Part shown: one piece after another, positions 26,228 through 35,561 of the stretch
Layout of the letters: the number at the start of each line of letters is the position of its first letter
How positions within the stretch are numbered: position 1 is the stretch's first letter
From: Burkholderiales bacterium
GTDB taxonomy: Bacteria > Pseudomonadota > Gammaproteobacteria > Burkholderiales > SG8-39
DNA: 64,000 nucleotides
Assembly: GCA_040902335.1 (NCBI GenBank)
Contig: JBBDXL010000170.1
Coordinates: 9,283 to 73,282 of the forward strand
Direction of reading: 5' to 3'
Program-made: the position numbers and the translations under genes
The notes under the pieces: generated by a model
What the model saw: only the letters and a program-made list of their open reading frames with translations
Database searches by the model: none
What the model was told of the DNA's origin: nothing

Positions 26228-27630
26228 CAGGCGTGGGGTACCGCGGCTTTGGCGCGTTGCGTAACGCAGCGCCGCGCGAACTCGACGAAGCGCCGCGCCC
26301 AACGGTTGCCGGAGACGTCGCGCAGGTGCGCGTAAGAGGCGAGCAGGTTGCGGTGCACGATGCCGTCGCGCCGGCCATCGATGCCGTAGCCGCGCTCCAC
26401 GTCGTAGGCGAACTCGAGGCCGGGCGCGAGGTTCTCGACGCTCGAATAGTGGAACTCGTGCGCGCGGATGAGCGCCGGCTCGCCCGCCGGCCGCGCGGGC
26501 CACAAGCCGCGGCCGGTTTCGCGCAGATGCACGTAGCCGCGGCCGACCGGGCGCGCGTGCATGACGATGTCCGCCGGGAGCACGCCGGCCATCTCGGCGC
26601 GGCGCCCGTGCCATTCGATGGCGCGCGCGAGGTACATCAGCCCGCCGCATTCAGCGTAGGCGGGCATCCCGGCCTCGATCGCGTTGCGCACCTCGGCGCG
26701 CAGCGCGGTGTTCGCGGCGAGCGCCTCCATGTGCGTCTCGGGAAACCCGCCGCCGATGAACAGCGCGTCGACGCGCGGCAGGCGCTTGTCGCGCAGCGCG
26801 TCGAAGGGCACGAGCTCCGCCCCGGCGGCGCGCAGGGCCTCCAGATCGCCCGGGTAGTAGAAGCCGAACGCCGCGTCGCGCGCGATGCCGATGCGCACCG
26901 GCGCTCCGCCGGCCGCCTCGGACGCCAGTTCACCGCCCTGCAGCGGCGGCGCCTGCCGGGCGATGGCCCGCACCTGGTCGAGGTCGACCTGTGCGGCGAT
27001 GTGCGCCGCAATCGCGTCGATGCGGCTGCGCGCGCCTTCCGCCTCGTTGCTCGGCACCAGCCCAAGGTGGCGCTCGACGATCGCCATGCGCTCGTCGTGC
27101 TGCACGGCGCCGAGCACCGGCACGCCGGTGTAATGCTGGATCACGGCGCGCAGCTTGGCCTCGTGGCGCGAGCCTCCGAGCTGATTCAAGATCACGCCGG
27201 CGATGCGGATGTTCCGGTCGAACGCCTGGTAGCCGAGAATGAGCGGCGCGATGCCGCGCGTCATGCCGCGCGCGTCGATCACCAGCACCACCGGCGTGCC
27301 GAGCATCGCGGCGAGGGCGGCGTTGCTGTTGCTGCCGTCCAGCGCCAGGCCGTCGTACAGGCCCTTGTTGCCCTCCACCAGGCCGAGCGTGGCGCCCTGC
27401 ATGCGCTGCGCGAACTCGGCGCGCAGCTCCTGGGCGCCGCTCAGATAAGGGTCGAGGTTGTAGCAGGGCCGCCCGGCGGCGAGTCCGAGCCACAGCGGAT
27501 CGATGTAGTCGGGACCTTTCTTGAAGGGCTGCACCGCCTCGCCGCGCGCGCCGAGCGCCGCGCACAAGCCGATGCACACCGTGGTCTTGCCCGAGGACTT
27601 GTGGGCGGCGGAGATGAACAGGCGGTTCAT
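26227..27630 (-). CDS. dsrN: cobyrinic acid a,c-diamide synthase-like siroheme amidase
   Basis: 467-aa product with P-loop SAAHKSSGKTT and the glutamine amidotransferase Cys in YAECGGLMYL. Sits after dsrP. Confidence 0.85.
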   Translation of the reverse strand: MNRLFISAAHKSSGKTTVCIGLCAALGARGEAVQPFKKGPDYIDPLWLGLAAGRPCYNLDPYLSGAQELRAEFAQRMQGATLGLVEGNKGLYDGLALDGSNSNAALAAMLGTPVVLVIDARGMTRGIAPLILGYQAFDRNIRIAGVILNQLGGSRHEAKLRAVIQHYTGVPVLGAVQHDERMAIVERHLGLVPSNEAEGARSRIDAIAAHIAAQVDLDQVRAIARQAPPLQGGELASEAAGGAPVRIGIARDAAFGFYYPGDLEALRAAGAELVPFDALRDKRLPRVDALFIGGGFPETHMEALAANTALRAEVRNAIEAGMPAYAECGGLMYLARAIEWHGRRAEMAGVLPADIVMHARPVGRGYVHLRETGRGLWPARPAGEPALIRAHEFHYSSVENLAPGLEFAYDVERGYGIDGRRDGIVHRNLLASYAHLRDVSGNRWARRFVEFARRCVTQRAKAAVPHA

Positions 27631-28823
27631 GCGGCCGCGGATTCGACGTCGCCGTCCGCGAGGCTCTTCGGCAGGAACGGCAAGACCTTCAGCGCCACGG
27701 CGGTAAGCGCCAGCGCCAGCGCCACGCCGCCGACGCCGAGCGCCAGTTCCGGCAGGCTCGGCGCGTAGCTTGCGACCACGCCGTCGAAGAAGCTGCTCGC
27801 GACTTCCTTTTCCGGGAACATCAGCTGCGGGTAGGCCTGGCCGCCGATGATGAGGACATAGAGCTGCGCGAGCCCGCCCACGATCACCGCCACCGCCGCC
27901 GCCGCGAGCGCGCGGCGCGATGTGCTGCCGAACAGCAGCACGAGCGGCACGATGCCGCCGACCAGAACATGGCCGAGCCAGAACAGCGCCGTATAGACAC
28001 CGCCGTCCCAGAGGAAGAAGCGCTCCACGTCGTGCCGGCGCGCGATGTAGAGGTTGGTGAGGTGCTGGACCGCGACGAAATACAGCACCGCCGCGACGAA
28101 CACGCCGAGCAGGTTCCTGAGCCGCTTCAGCACCACGTCGCCCAAGGGGCGGCCGGTCCACCGGCAAGCGGCCATCAGCACCAATACGAAGATCGCCAGG
28201 CCGAAAGAGAACGACATGATGATGAACAGCGGCGCGAGCAGCGCACTGTCGTAGGGCTCGCGCGCCACCAGGAAGCCGAAGATCGATCCGGTGCCGGTGG
28301 TGAGCACCAGGCGCCACACGAACGCGAGCAGGCCGGCGCGCCTGGTGTAGCCGTTCATGCGCCGCTCGAACATGCTCCACAGGTACAGCGCCACCACGGC
28401 GAAGAACCCGGTGTAGAGGAAGATGTTCCAGGCGAAGATCGACTTGAAGTTGTAGTGCGTCATCGCCACGATCAGCCGCTCGGGCCGGCCGAGGTCGAGC
28501 ACCAGCACCGCGAGGCCGCCGGCGAGCAGCGTTATGGCGAGCAGCCCCGAGAGCCGGGCGAGCGGCTTGTACAGCTCCCGCCCGAACACCGAGGCGATCG
28601 AGGCGACGTTGAGCGCGCCCGAGGCGGCCACGATCAGGAACACCGCGAACACGTGCGGCGTTCCCCACACGATGCGGTTCGTCATGCCCGTGATGTGGTG
28701 GCCCTCGTGCTCCATCATCCAGGCCGCCCCCAGGCCCGCCAGGATCAGCGCGCCGAGCACACCAAGCAGCGCCAGGAAGGCGCCGCTGCGACCGTCGATC
28801 TCGCGATACTGGATGCTCGCCAT
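27627..28823 (-). CDS. dsrP: DsrP, NrfD/PsrC-like integral membrane quinone-interacting subunit
   Basis: 398-aa polytopic membrane protein directly after dsrO. Confidence 0.9.
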   Translation of the reverse strand: MASIQYREIDGRSGAFLALLGVLGALILAGLGAAWMMEHEGHHITGMTNRIVWGTPHVFAVFLIVAASGALNVASIASVFGRELYKPLARLSGLLAITLLAGGLAVLVLDLGRPERLIVAMTHYNFKSIFAWNIFLYTGFFAVVALYLWSMFERRMNGYTRRAGLLAFVWRLVLTTGTGSIFGFLVAREPYDSALLAPLFIIMSFSFGLAIFVLVLMAACRWTGRPLGDVVLKRLRNLLGVFVAAVLYFVAVQHLTNLYIARRHDVERFFLWDGGVYTALFWLGHVLVGGIVPLVLLFGSTSRRALAAAAVAVIVGGLAQLYVLIIGGQAYPQLMFPEKEVASSFFDGVVASYAPSLPELALGVGGVALALALTAVALKVLPFLPKSLADGDVESAAA

Positions 28824-28825
28824 GG

Positions 28826-29551
28826 CTAGAGGCCCTGGTAGCGCACGCCGGTGTTGAGCGCGAGGTCGGCGCGGATTTGGCTGGAGGGCTCGCGCTTCAG
28901 GCGCCGGTGGATCTCCGACGACGCGTCGTTCAGGTCGCCGAACGCCATCGCCTTGCCGCCGTCCTTGTTGCACGCCTCCACACAGGCCGGCGTCTCGCCG
29001 CGGTCCACGCGGTGCACGCACAGGGTGCAGGACTCCACCGTGCCCTTGCCGCGCGGCACGTCCGCCTTCTGCCCGCTCACCGCCTCGTGGACGAACGAGC
29101 GCGCGCCGTACGGGCAGGCGAGGACGCAGTAGCGGCAGCCGATGCAGGTGTGCTTGTCGACCAGCACGATGCCGTCGTCGCGCCTGAACGAGGCGCCGGT
29201 CGGGCACACGTCCACGCACGGCGGGTGCTCGCAGTGCTGGCACATGAGCGGCAGCGTCTGCGCGTAGCCGGTGCGCTTGTCGCGCAGGCTCACCTTGCGG
29301 ATCCACTGCGCGTCGGTCCCGGGGCGGCCGTGGCCGGTGACGCCGTTCTCCTCGTGGCAGGCGGTGACGCAGGCGTCGCACTCCCCGCACTGCGTGATGT
29401 CGATCAGCAGCCCCCAGCGCTGCAGCTTGGAGGCGGCTTCCTGCGGCGAGCGCGCCTGCGCGAGCTCGATCAGCCTGAAGCCCGGCGCGAGGGCCGCGCC
29501 GGCCGCCGCGGCCGCGCCCCAACCCAGAAACTCGCGGCGATCCGGATTCAT
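28826..29551 (-). CDS. dsrO: DsrO, periplasmic 4Fe-4S ferredoxin-like subunit (Tat signal)
   Basis: MNPDRREFLGWGAAAAAGAALA twin-arginine signal plus several CxxCxxCxxxCP cluster motifs. Start ATG 29551 overlaps the dsrJ stop. Confidence 0.9.
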   Translation of the reverse strand: MNPDRREFLGWGAAAAAGAALAPGFRLIELAQARSPQEAASKLQRWGLLIDITQCGECDACVTACHEENGVTGHGRPGTDAQWIRKVSLRDKRTGYAQTLPLMCQHCEHPPCVDVCPTGASFRRDDGIVLVDKHTCIGCRYCVLACPYGARSFVHEAVSGQKADVPRGKGTVESCTLCVHRVDRGETPACVEACNKDGGKAMAFGDLNDASSEIHRRLKREPSSQIRADLALNTGVRYQGL

Positions 29552-29901
29552 GGCCTGGCCGCGACCCGCTTCTGCCGCAGCGGCGTATGGCACTCGAAGC
29601 AATCCATCTTCACCGCGGCGTATTCATGGCAGCTCGAGCAGAAGCCCTCCTTGCCGAGCACGCTGCCGGTCTCGCGGCTGGCGTGGCAGTCGACGCAGTT
29701 CTTCAAGCTGAAGCGCGGCTCGCGCAGCCCCTGGCGCAGGGTCCGGTCGCGCTGGTGCAGCAGCATGTCCATGTGGTCGCGGCGCATCTCCGCGGTCGGC
29801 GCGACGCAGGCTTCGCCGCGCTCGATCTTGAACCTGGGCGCATCGGCGCGCGCCGCGAGCGTCAGCACGGCGGCCAGGATTCCAGCGGCGATGCGCATCA
29901 T
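29548..29901 (-). CDS. dsrJ: DsrJ, periplasmic triheme cytochrome c
   Basis: 117-aa product with a signal anchor and three CxxCH motifs (CVDCH, CSSCH, CFECH). Confidence 0.9.
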   Translation of the reverse strand: MMRIAAGILAAVLTLAARADAPRFKIERGEACVAPTAEMRRDHMDMLLHQRDRTLRQGLREPRFSLKNCVDCHASRETGSVLGKEGFCSSCHEYAAVKMDCFECHTPLRQKRVAARP

Positions 29902-29909
29902 TCCCGCGC

Positions 29910-31895
29910 TCAGTGATCGCCCAGGCCCATCTTGATGTACCCGGTGGGGCACACATCGGCGCAGATGTGGCAGCCGATGCACAGGTCGTAGTCGGTGTAC
30001 ACGTAGCGGCCCATCGTGGCCTCCGCCTTGGGGGTGCGCTTGACCGCGACCTGCGGGCAGTAGATGACGCAGTTGTCGCACTCGAAGCACATGCCGCAGC
30101 TCATGCAGCGCTTGGCCTCGTCCACCGCCTGCTTGTCGGTCAGGCCCACCATGCGCTCGGCGAAGTGGCCCAGCACCTCCTCGGCCGACGGCCCGATCTC
30201 GGTGCGCTTGATGCGCTCCTGGTACGGGAAATGGCCGAGGAACAGCTCCTCGGACTTGCACACCTCCGCGGCGCTGCGGTCCTCGTAGTTGTGGATGGCG
30301 AAGCCGCCCACCGCCTTGCCGTGTTCGGAGGTGCCGCGCAGTCCCTGGTCGATAAGGCGCGGACCATTGGCTTCGGAGGACTCGTATTTCCCGGGCTCGA
30401 GGTTCACCTCGCGCAGCTTGTCGAGGAGGTTGAAATGGTGCACGTCGACCTTCGGCCGCTTGGGCATTTCCTTGTGGTCGAGATAGCGGTCGATGCTGTC
30501 GGCGGCGATCGAGCCCTGGCCGATCACGGTGGTGAGCAGGTGCGGCCGGAGGATGTCGCCGCAGGCGAACACGCCCTGGCGGTTCGGCAGCTGGTAGAAC
30601 TTGTCGGCCGCGATCTGGCCCTTGCCGTTGTCGAGCTCCTCCATCCCCGCGAGGTCGCCCTGCTGGCCGATGGCGACGACGATGAGATCGGCCTCGACGT
30701 CCATCTCGGTGCCGGGCTTCTCGGTGAACTTGTTCTTGTCCCACTGCACCTCGATCAGGCGCAGCGCCTTGGCGCGCCCGCTCTTCTCGTCGACGATCAC
30801 CTTCTTGGGCAGGAGGTTGCCCTGGATCTTGACGCCTTCGCGCTGCGCGTCCTCGATCTCGTGCCTGGCGGCGTTCATCTGCTCGATCGGCTGCATCGAG
30901 GTGAGCATCACGTCGGCGCCCTGGCGCGCGGCGAGCGTCGAGACGTCGTGCGCGGTGTGCCCCATGACCACATGCTCCGGGCGCTCGGCCTCCGCGACGT
31001 CTTCGACATAGCCCAGGCGCCGCGCCACCGATACCACGTCGACCGAGGTGTCGCCGCCGCCGATCACCACCACGCGGCCGGCGACCGCCTGCAGGCGCCC
31101 CTGGTTGAAGGCCTCGAGGAACGCGACCCCGCTGATGCAGTTGGGCGCATCGGCACCGGGGACCGGCAGCGCGCGCCCCGCCTTGCAGCCGATGGCGATG
31201 AGCACCGCGTCGAAATCCTTCTCCAGCTCCTGCAGCTGCACGTCCTTGCCGATGCGCGTGTTGGGCCGCACTTCGACGCCCATGGCGATGATGCGATCGA
31301 TCTCGCCATCGAGGTGCGTGCGCGGCAGGCGGTAGCCCGGCACGCCGTATTTCGCCATGCCGCCGAGCTCCGCGTGATCGTCGAACAGCGTCACGGCGTG
31401 GCCCTTGCGGCGCAGTTGATACGCCGCGGACAGGCCCGCCGGGCCGCCGCCCACGATCGCCACGCGCTTGCCGGTCTCGGGGCCTGCCTGGAAGGCGAAC
31501 TTCTGCGCGAGCGCGTAGTCGCCGATGTACTGCTCGACCGCGTTGATGCCGACGGTGTCCTCCACTTTGTTCCTGTTGCAGCCCGCCTGGCAGGGCGCGG
31601 GGCACACGCGACCCATCATCGAGGGGAAAGGGTTGGCGTCGGTGGAACGCCGGAACGCGTACTCCTGCATGCTCGTGCCCTTGGGGGCCTTCTCCACGCC
31701 GCGCACGATGTTGAGCCAGCCGCGGATGTCCTCGCCCGAGGGGCAGCTCGCCTGGCAGGGCGGCGTCTTGTGCACGTAGGTCGGGCACTTGTCGGACTCG
31801 TCGCCGGCGAAGATCTGCTCCTGGAACGAACCCCACTCATGATCGCCGTCCTTGAACTTGCGGAAGGTGTGCCCGCTTTTCGCTGGCGCTGACAT
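29910..31895 (-). CDS. dsrL: DsrL, NAD(P)H-dependent iron-sulfur flavoprotein (GltD-like)
   Basis: 661-aa product with VAIVGGGPAGLSAA and VVVIGGGDTSVD dinucleotide folds. C-terminal ferredoxin domain CMSCGMCFECDNCVIYCP / CIGCHICADVCP. Confidence 0.9.
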   Translation of the reverse strand: MSAPAKSGHTFRKFKDGDHEWGSFQEQIFAGDESDKCPTYVHKTPPCQASCPSGEDIRGWLNIVRGVEKAPKGTSMQEYAFRRSTDANPFPSMMGRVCPAPCQAGCNRNKVEDTVGINAVEQYIGDYALAQKFAFQAGPETGKRVAIVGGGPAGLSAAYQLRRKGHAVTLFDDHAELGGMAKYGVPGYRLPRTHLDGEIDRIIAMGVEVRPNTRIGKDVQLQELEKDFDAVLIAIGCKAGRALPVPGADAPNCISGVAFLEAFNQGRLQAVAGRVVVIGGGDTSVDVVSVARRLGYVEDVAEAERPEHVVMGHTAHDVSTLAARQGADVMLTSMQPIEQMNAARHEIEDAQREGVKIQGNLLPKKVIVDEKSGRAKALRLIEVQWDKNKFTEKPGTEMDVEADLIVVAIGQQGDLAGMEELDNGKGQIAADKFYQLPNRQGVFACGDILRPHLLTTVIGQGSIAADSIDRYLDHKEMPKRPKVDVHHFNLLDKLREVNLEPGKYESSEANGPRLIDQGLRGTSEHGKAVGGFAIHNYEDRSAAEVCKSEELFLGHFPYQERIKRTEIGPSAEEVLGHFAERMVGLTDKQAVDEAKRCMSCGMCFECDNCVIYCPQVAVKRTPKAEATMGRYVYTDYDLCIGCHICADVCPTGYIKMGLGDH

Positions 31896-31897
31896 GG

Positions 31898-33388
31898 CTA
31901 TCTCCGATTGAATACGATGGCGTTGCCGACCAGAGCGTGCACGCTGCCGATCATGTCCATGGGGTGCTGGTAGTAGGGCAGCACCTTGGTGAACTGGCTC
32001 TTGCAGATGGCGCAGATCGCGGCCATGTAGTTGACGCCGTGCTCCTCGACCACCTGCTGCAGCGCCTGCATGCGCGGCAGCGCGCCCTTGACGCGCAGCT
32101 CGACCAGGTCGTCGGTGAGCAGCCCCCCGCCCCCGCCGCAGCAGAAGGTGGCCTCGCCGATGGTCTCGGGCGCCATGTCGACGAACCGGTCGACGCAGGC
32201 GCGGATGATCTCGCGCGGGATCGTGAACTGCCCGCCCGGCACGTCGCCCATGCGCGAGCCGCGCGACACGTTGCACGAATCGTGGAAGGTCACCACCTTG
32301 TCGGCGTTGGCGCTCTTGTCGAGCGTCAGCGCGCCGCGGTGGATGAGGTCCCAGGTCACCTCGCAGATGTGCTGCGGCGCCGGGTAGCGCGCATCGAGAA
32401 AATCGAACGGCCCGATGAGCGTGTTCCAGAAGCTGTAGGCGACGCGCCAGGCGTGGCCGCACTCGCCCACCACGATGCGCTTCACGCCCAGCTCGAGCGC
32501 CGCCTCGCGGATGCGCTCGGCCACCTTCTGCAGGTTGTCGTGGTTGCCGATGAAGAGCGAAAAGTTCGCCGCTTCCGACGCGTGCGTGGAGAGCGTCCAC
32601 GAGATGCCCGCCGCGTGGAACACCTTGGCGTAGCCGATCAGCCCGTCGATGTGCGGCTCGGCGAAGAAGTCGGCGCTCGGCGTGACGAGCAGCACTTGCG
32701 CCCCTTTCTCGTCGAGCGGGAAGCGCACGTCGACGCCGGTCGCTTCCTTCACGTCCTCTTCCAGGCCGTCGAGCGTGTTGCGCAGCGCCGGCCCGGGCAG
32801 GCCGAGGTTGTTGCCGATCTTGTGCACCTTGCCGATGATCTCGTTGGAGTACTTCTGCCCGAGGCCGACGCTGTCCATGATGTCGCGCGCCGCCATCGAG
32901 ATCTCGGCGGTGTCGATGCCGTAGGGGCAGAACACCGAGCAGCGCCGGCACTGCGAGCACTGGTGGAAGTAGCTGTACCAGTCGTCCAGCACGTCCTTGG
33001 TCATGTCGCGCGCGCCCACCAGCTTCGGGAAGTGCTTGCCGGCGAAGGTGTAGTAGCGCCGGTACACCGAGCGCAGCAGGTCCTGGCGCGCCACCGGCAT
33101 GTTCTTGGGATCGGCGGTGCCCAGGTAGTAGTGGCACTTGTCGGTGCAGGCGCCGCACTTGACGCAGGAATCGAGGAACACCTGCAGCGCGCGCGACTGC
33201 GAGACGAGCTCGCCGAGCTTGGTGACGGCGACCTTTTCCCAGTCCGGCACAAGCTCGCCGGGGAAGCCGAGCGGCGTTTGCAGATCGGGCTTGGCGACGA
33301 AGGGCCTGGAATGCGCCATCGCCCCCTCGCGCACGAGCGGGATCACGGGATACTCGCCCAGCTTTGGCGTTTCGAAGGTGCTTGCCAT
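31898..33388 (-). CDS. dsrK: DsrK, HdrD-like catalytic subunit with CCG domain
   Basis: 496-aa ORF with CVKCGACTDKC, CSQCRRCSVFCP and the CCG motif FCCGGGGG. Confidence 0.92.
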   Translation of the reverse strand: MASTFETPKLGEYPVIPLVREGAMAHSRPFVAKPDLQTPLGFPGELVPDWEKVAVTKLGELVSQSRALQVFLDSCVKCGACTDKCHYYLGTADPKNMPVARQDLLRSVYRRYYTFAGKHFPKLVGARDMTKDVLDDWYSYFHQCSQCRRCSVFCPYGIDTAEISMAARDIMDSVGLGQKYSNEIIGKVHKIGNNLGLPGPALRNTLDGLEEDVKEATGVDVRFPLDEKGAQVLLVTPSADFFAEPHIDGLIGYAKVFHAAGISWTLSTHASEAANFSLFIGNHDNLQKVAERIREAALELGVKRIVVGECGHAWRVAYSFWNTLIGPFDFLDARYPAPQHICEVTWDLIHRGALTLDKSANADKVVTFHDSCNVSRGSRMGDVPGGQFTIPREIIRACVDRFVDMAPETIGEATFCCGGGGGLLTDDLVELRVKGALPRMQALQQVVEEHGVNYMAAICAICKSQFTKVLPYYQHPMDMIGSVHALVGNAIVFNRR

Positions 33389-33389
33389 G

Positions 33390-34115
33390 TCAACGCAACC
33401 GCGCGGACCAGCCCGCCACGTGGCGGTGTTCGCGCGCGTCGTCGACCTGGTTCAAGCTCGGGCTGAAGAACACCCCCGGCGCGTGCAGCAGCTTCGACAC
33501 GGGAAACACGATCATCAGCACGGCCACCAGCGCGAGGTGGATGAGCAGCACCGGGTCGGCGGGCAACGGCCGCCAGTCGAACGCCATCAGTCCGAGGAAG
33601 AACGCCTTCAGCGCCACGATGTCGGTGTGCACGAGATATTTCATGGCGAGGCCGCTCGCGGCGATGGCGGCGAGCAGCGCAAGCATCAGGTGATCGGAGG
33701 GAGCGCTGATGTAGCGCACGCGATCGACGAGCACGCGCCGCGCCCACAGCCCGCCGAGCCCGGCGAGCATGGCGAACGCCGCGTACAGGCCGAACGGCTG
33801 CACGAGGTCCACCCAGAACCACACCGGCTCGGTGAAATAGCGCAGGTGCCTGAGCAGCACGAGGAGCAAGGCGACGTGGAACATCCAGCCGAAGAGCCAG
33901 GTCCACTTGCTGGAGCGGAACAGGGCGCGGAACAGCGTCACCTCCACGAGCATGCGCAGCGCGACGCCGCCGCGCGTGGTCGGCGCCGGCGGGATCGGGA
34001 TCTTCAGCGGCTGCGGCGTGCGCGCGTACACCCAGCACTTCCAGGCCACGCCGCCGACCAGCGTGGCGGCGACGACGTAGAAGAGCAGCGCGTAGAAGAC
34101 GGTCAGCGCCGGCAA
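33390..34115 (-). CDS. dsrM: DsrM, NarI-like diheme cytochrome b
   Basis: 241-aa ORF with 5 hydrophobic helices and conserved His pairs. Sits between dsrC and dsrK. Confidence 0.9.
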   Translation of the reverse strand: MPALTVFYALLFYVVAATLVGGVAWKCWVYARTPQPLKIPIPPAPTTRGGVALRMLVEVTLFRALFRSSKWTWLFGWMFHVALLLVLLRHLRYFTEPVWFWVDLVQPFGLYAAFAMLAGLGGLWARRVLVDRVRYISAPSDHLMLALLAAIAASGLAMKYLVHTDIVALKAFFLGLMAFDWRPLPADPVLLIHLALVAVLMIVFPVSKLLHAPGVFFSPSLNQVDDAREHRHVAGWSARLR

Positions 34116-34127
34116 CGGTCGCTGTTC

Positions 34128-34460
34128 CTATACACAGCCGGTCGGCTTGGGCAGCCCCGCGTACTTGCAGGCCTGCTTGGCGGGACCGTACGGGAACAGC
34201 TCGTACAGGTACTTGCTGTTGCCCTTGTCCGCGCCGAGCTTCTTGCCGATGGCCTTGGTCAGCACGCGCACCGCCGGTGCGATCTGATACTCGTCGTAGT
34301 ACTCGCGCAGGAAGTTGAGCACTTCCCAGTGGTTCTCGCTCAGGTCGCAGTTGTCGACGCGCGCCATTTCCTTGGCCACGTCCTCGCTCCAGTCGGCGCG
34401 GTCGGCGAGATAGCCTTCCTCGTCGGTTTCGATGGTCTTGCCGCTCACTTCGATGGGCAT
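34128..34460 (-). CDS. dsrC: DsrC, sulfur carrier with both C-terminal cysteines
   Basis: 110-aa ORF ending ...LFPYGPAKQACKYAGLPKPTGCV, the canonical two-Cys arm. Confidence 0.95.
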   Translation of the reverse strand: MPIEVSGKTIETDEEGYLADRADWSEDVAKEMARVDNCDLSENHWEVLNFLREYYDEYQIAPAVRVLTKAIGKKLGADKGNSKYLYELFPYGPAKQACKYAGLPKPTGCV

Positions 34461-34479
34461 ATCGTTTCTTCCTCCAGGA

Positions 34480-34779
34480 TCAAAGCCAGGATTGCACGGC
34501 GTTGTGCTCCGCCACGAGGTCCACGAACCCCCCGTAGTCCACCAGGCGCACGCCGTCCATCACCCGGTTCTGCATGCCTCGCGCCTCGACGTCGGGCTTG
34601 AGGGCGTAGATCTGCACGCTCTTCAGCGCCTCCTCGATGCGCGGCGAGACGGCCGTGTCCTTCGCCGCCGCGTACACGCCGTCCTCGATCAGCAGCACGG
34701 CGCTGCCCTGCCGCGCAAACCTGAGGCAGGTTTCCAGGGCCTTGTGCTCGAACGGCGACTTGTTGACGGTATGCAGCAT
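34480..34779 (-). CDS. dsrH: DsrH (TusB-like) sulfur relay subunit
   Basis: 99-aa ORF MLHTVNKSPF..., placed after dsrF. Confidence 0.85.
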   Translation of the reverse strand: MLHTVNKSPFEHKALETCLRFARQGSAVLLIEDGVYAAAKDTAVSPRIEEALKSVQIYALKPDVEARGMQNRVMDGVRLVDYGGFVDLVAEHNAVQSWL

Positions 34780-34790
34780 GTGTCCAGTCC

Positions 34791-35174
34791 TCAGAAGCTC
34801 AGGATCACGTCCTGCGCTTCCATGATTTCGGCCATGCGCTGCGTGCTCACCACCTCGACCGGCACCGCCAGGTCGGCCTCGGTGAGCCCGCGCGCTTCGA
34901 GCGCCTCCTTCTCCACGTAGAGCTTGGTGACGTCGTAGTCTTCCAGTGCGCGGAAGGTCGGCGAGAAGTTCTTCACTTCCAGCCCCTTGGTGTCCTGGCC
35001 CTTGGTCAACTGGTACACGCCGTCGCCCAGGAACGCGAGGCTCACGTCCTGCTCGAACGCCGCGCCGATCAGCACCACTTCGAGCGACTCGAGCGCGTAG
35101 ATGCTGCCGTAGGGCGCCCGGCGGTTCACGTACAGGAACCGCTTGGCGACGCCGCCTGCGTTTTCCTCAGTCAC
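34791..35174 (-). CDS. dsrF: DsrF (TusC-like) sulfur relay subunit
   Basis: 127-aa DsrE/F-fold ORF sitting between dsrE and dsrH. Confidence 0.85.
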   Translation of the reverse strand: MTEENAGGVAKRFLYVNRRAPYGSIYALESLEVVLIGAAFEQDVSLAFLGDGVYQLTKGQDTKGLEVKNFSPTFRALEDYDVTKLYVEKEALEARGLTEADLAVPVEVVSTQRMAEIMEAQDVILSF

Positions 35175-35559
35175 CGAACACCACCAGCCGGTCGGCCTGG
35201 ATGCCCGCCTCGATCAGCTGCCCGAGGCCCGAGATGCGGAACCCCGGCGCGATGTTGTCCGCGTCCTTGCCGTTCCTCTTGGCCTCGCTCTTGTCCATGA
35301 GCCCGCGGCGCTGCGCGGCGGCGATGCACACGACGAGGTCGAGCTTGTGCTCGGCGGCGAGCTCGCTCCAGCGCTTGACGACGTTGCGGTCGTCCTGCGG
35401 CGGCATCGTGAGGCGCGTGCCGTTGTTCACGCCGTCGTGATAGAAGAACACGCGGTAGATCTCGTGCCCCTTGGCGAGCGCGGCCCGGGTGAACTGGTAG
35501 GCCGTGTCCGAGGCCTCGTGCGTGTAGGGCCCCTCGTTGACCAGGATGCTGAGCTTCAT
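35167..35559 (-). CDS. dsrE: DsrE (TusD-like) sulfur relay subunit with active-site Cys
   Basis: 130-aa product MKLSILVNEGPYTHE...DLVVCIAAAQRRG (the conserved Cys). Confidence 0.9.
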   Translation of the reverse strand: MKLSILVNEGPYTHEASDTAYQFTRAALAKGHEIYRVFFYHDGVNNGTRLTMPPQDDRNVVKRWSELAAEHKLDLVVCIAAAQRRGLMDKSEAKRNGKDADNIAPGFRISGLGQLIEAGIQADRLVVFGD

Positions 35560-35561
35560 GC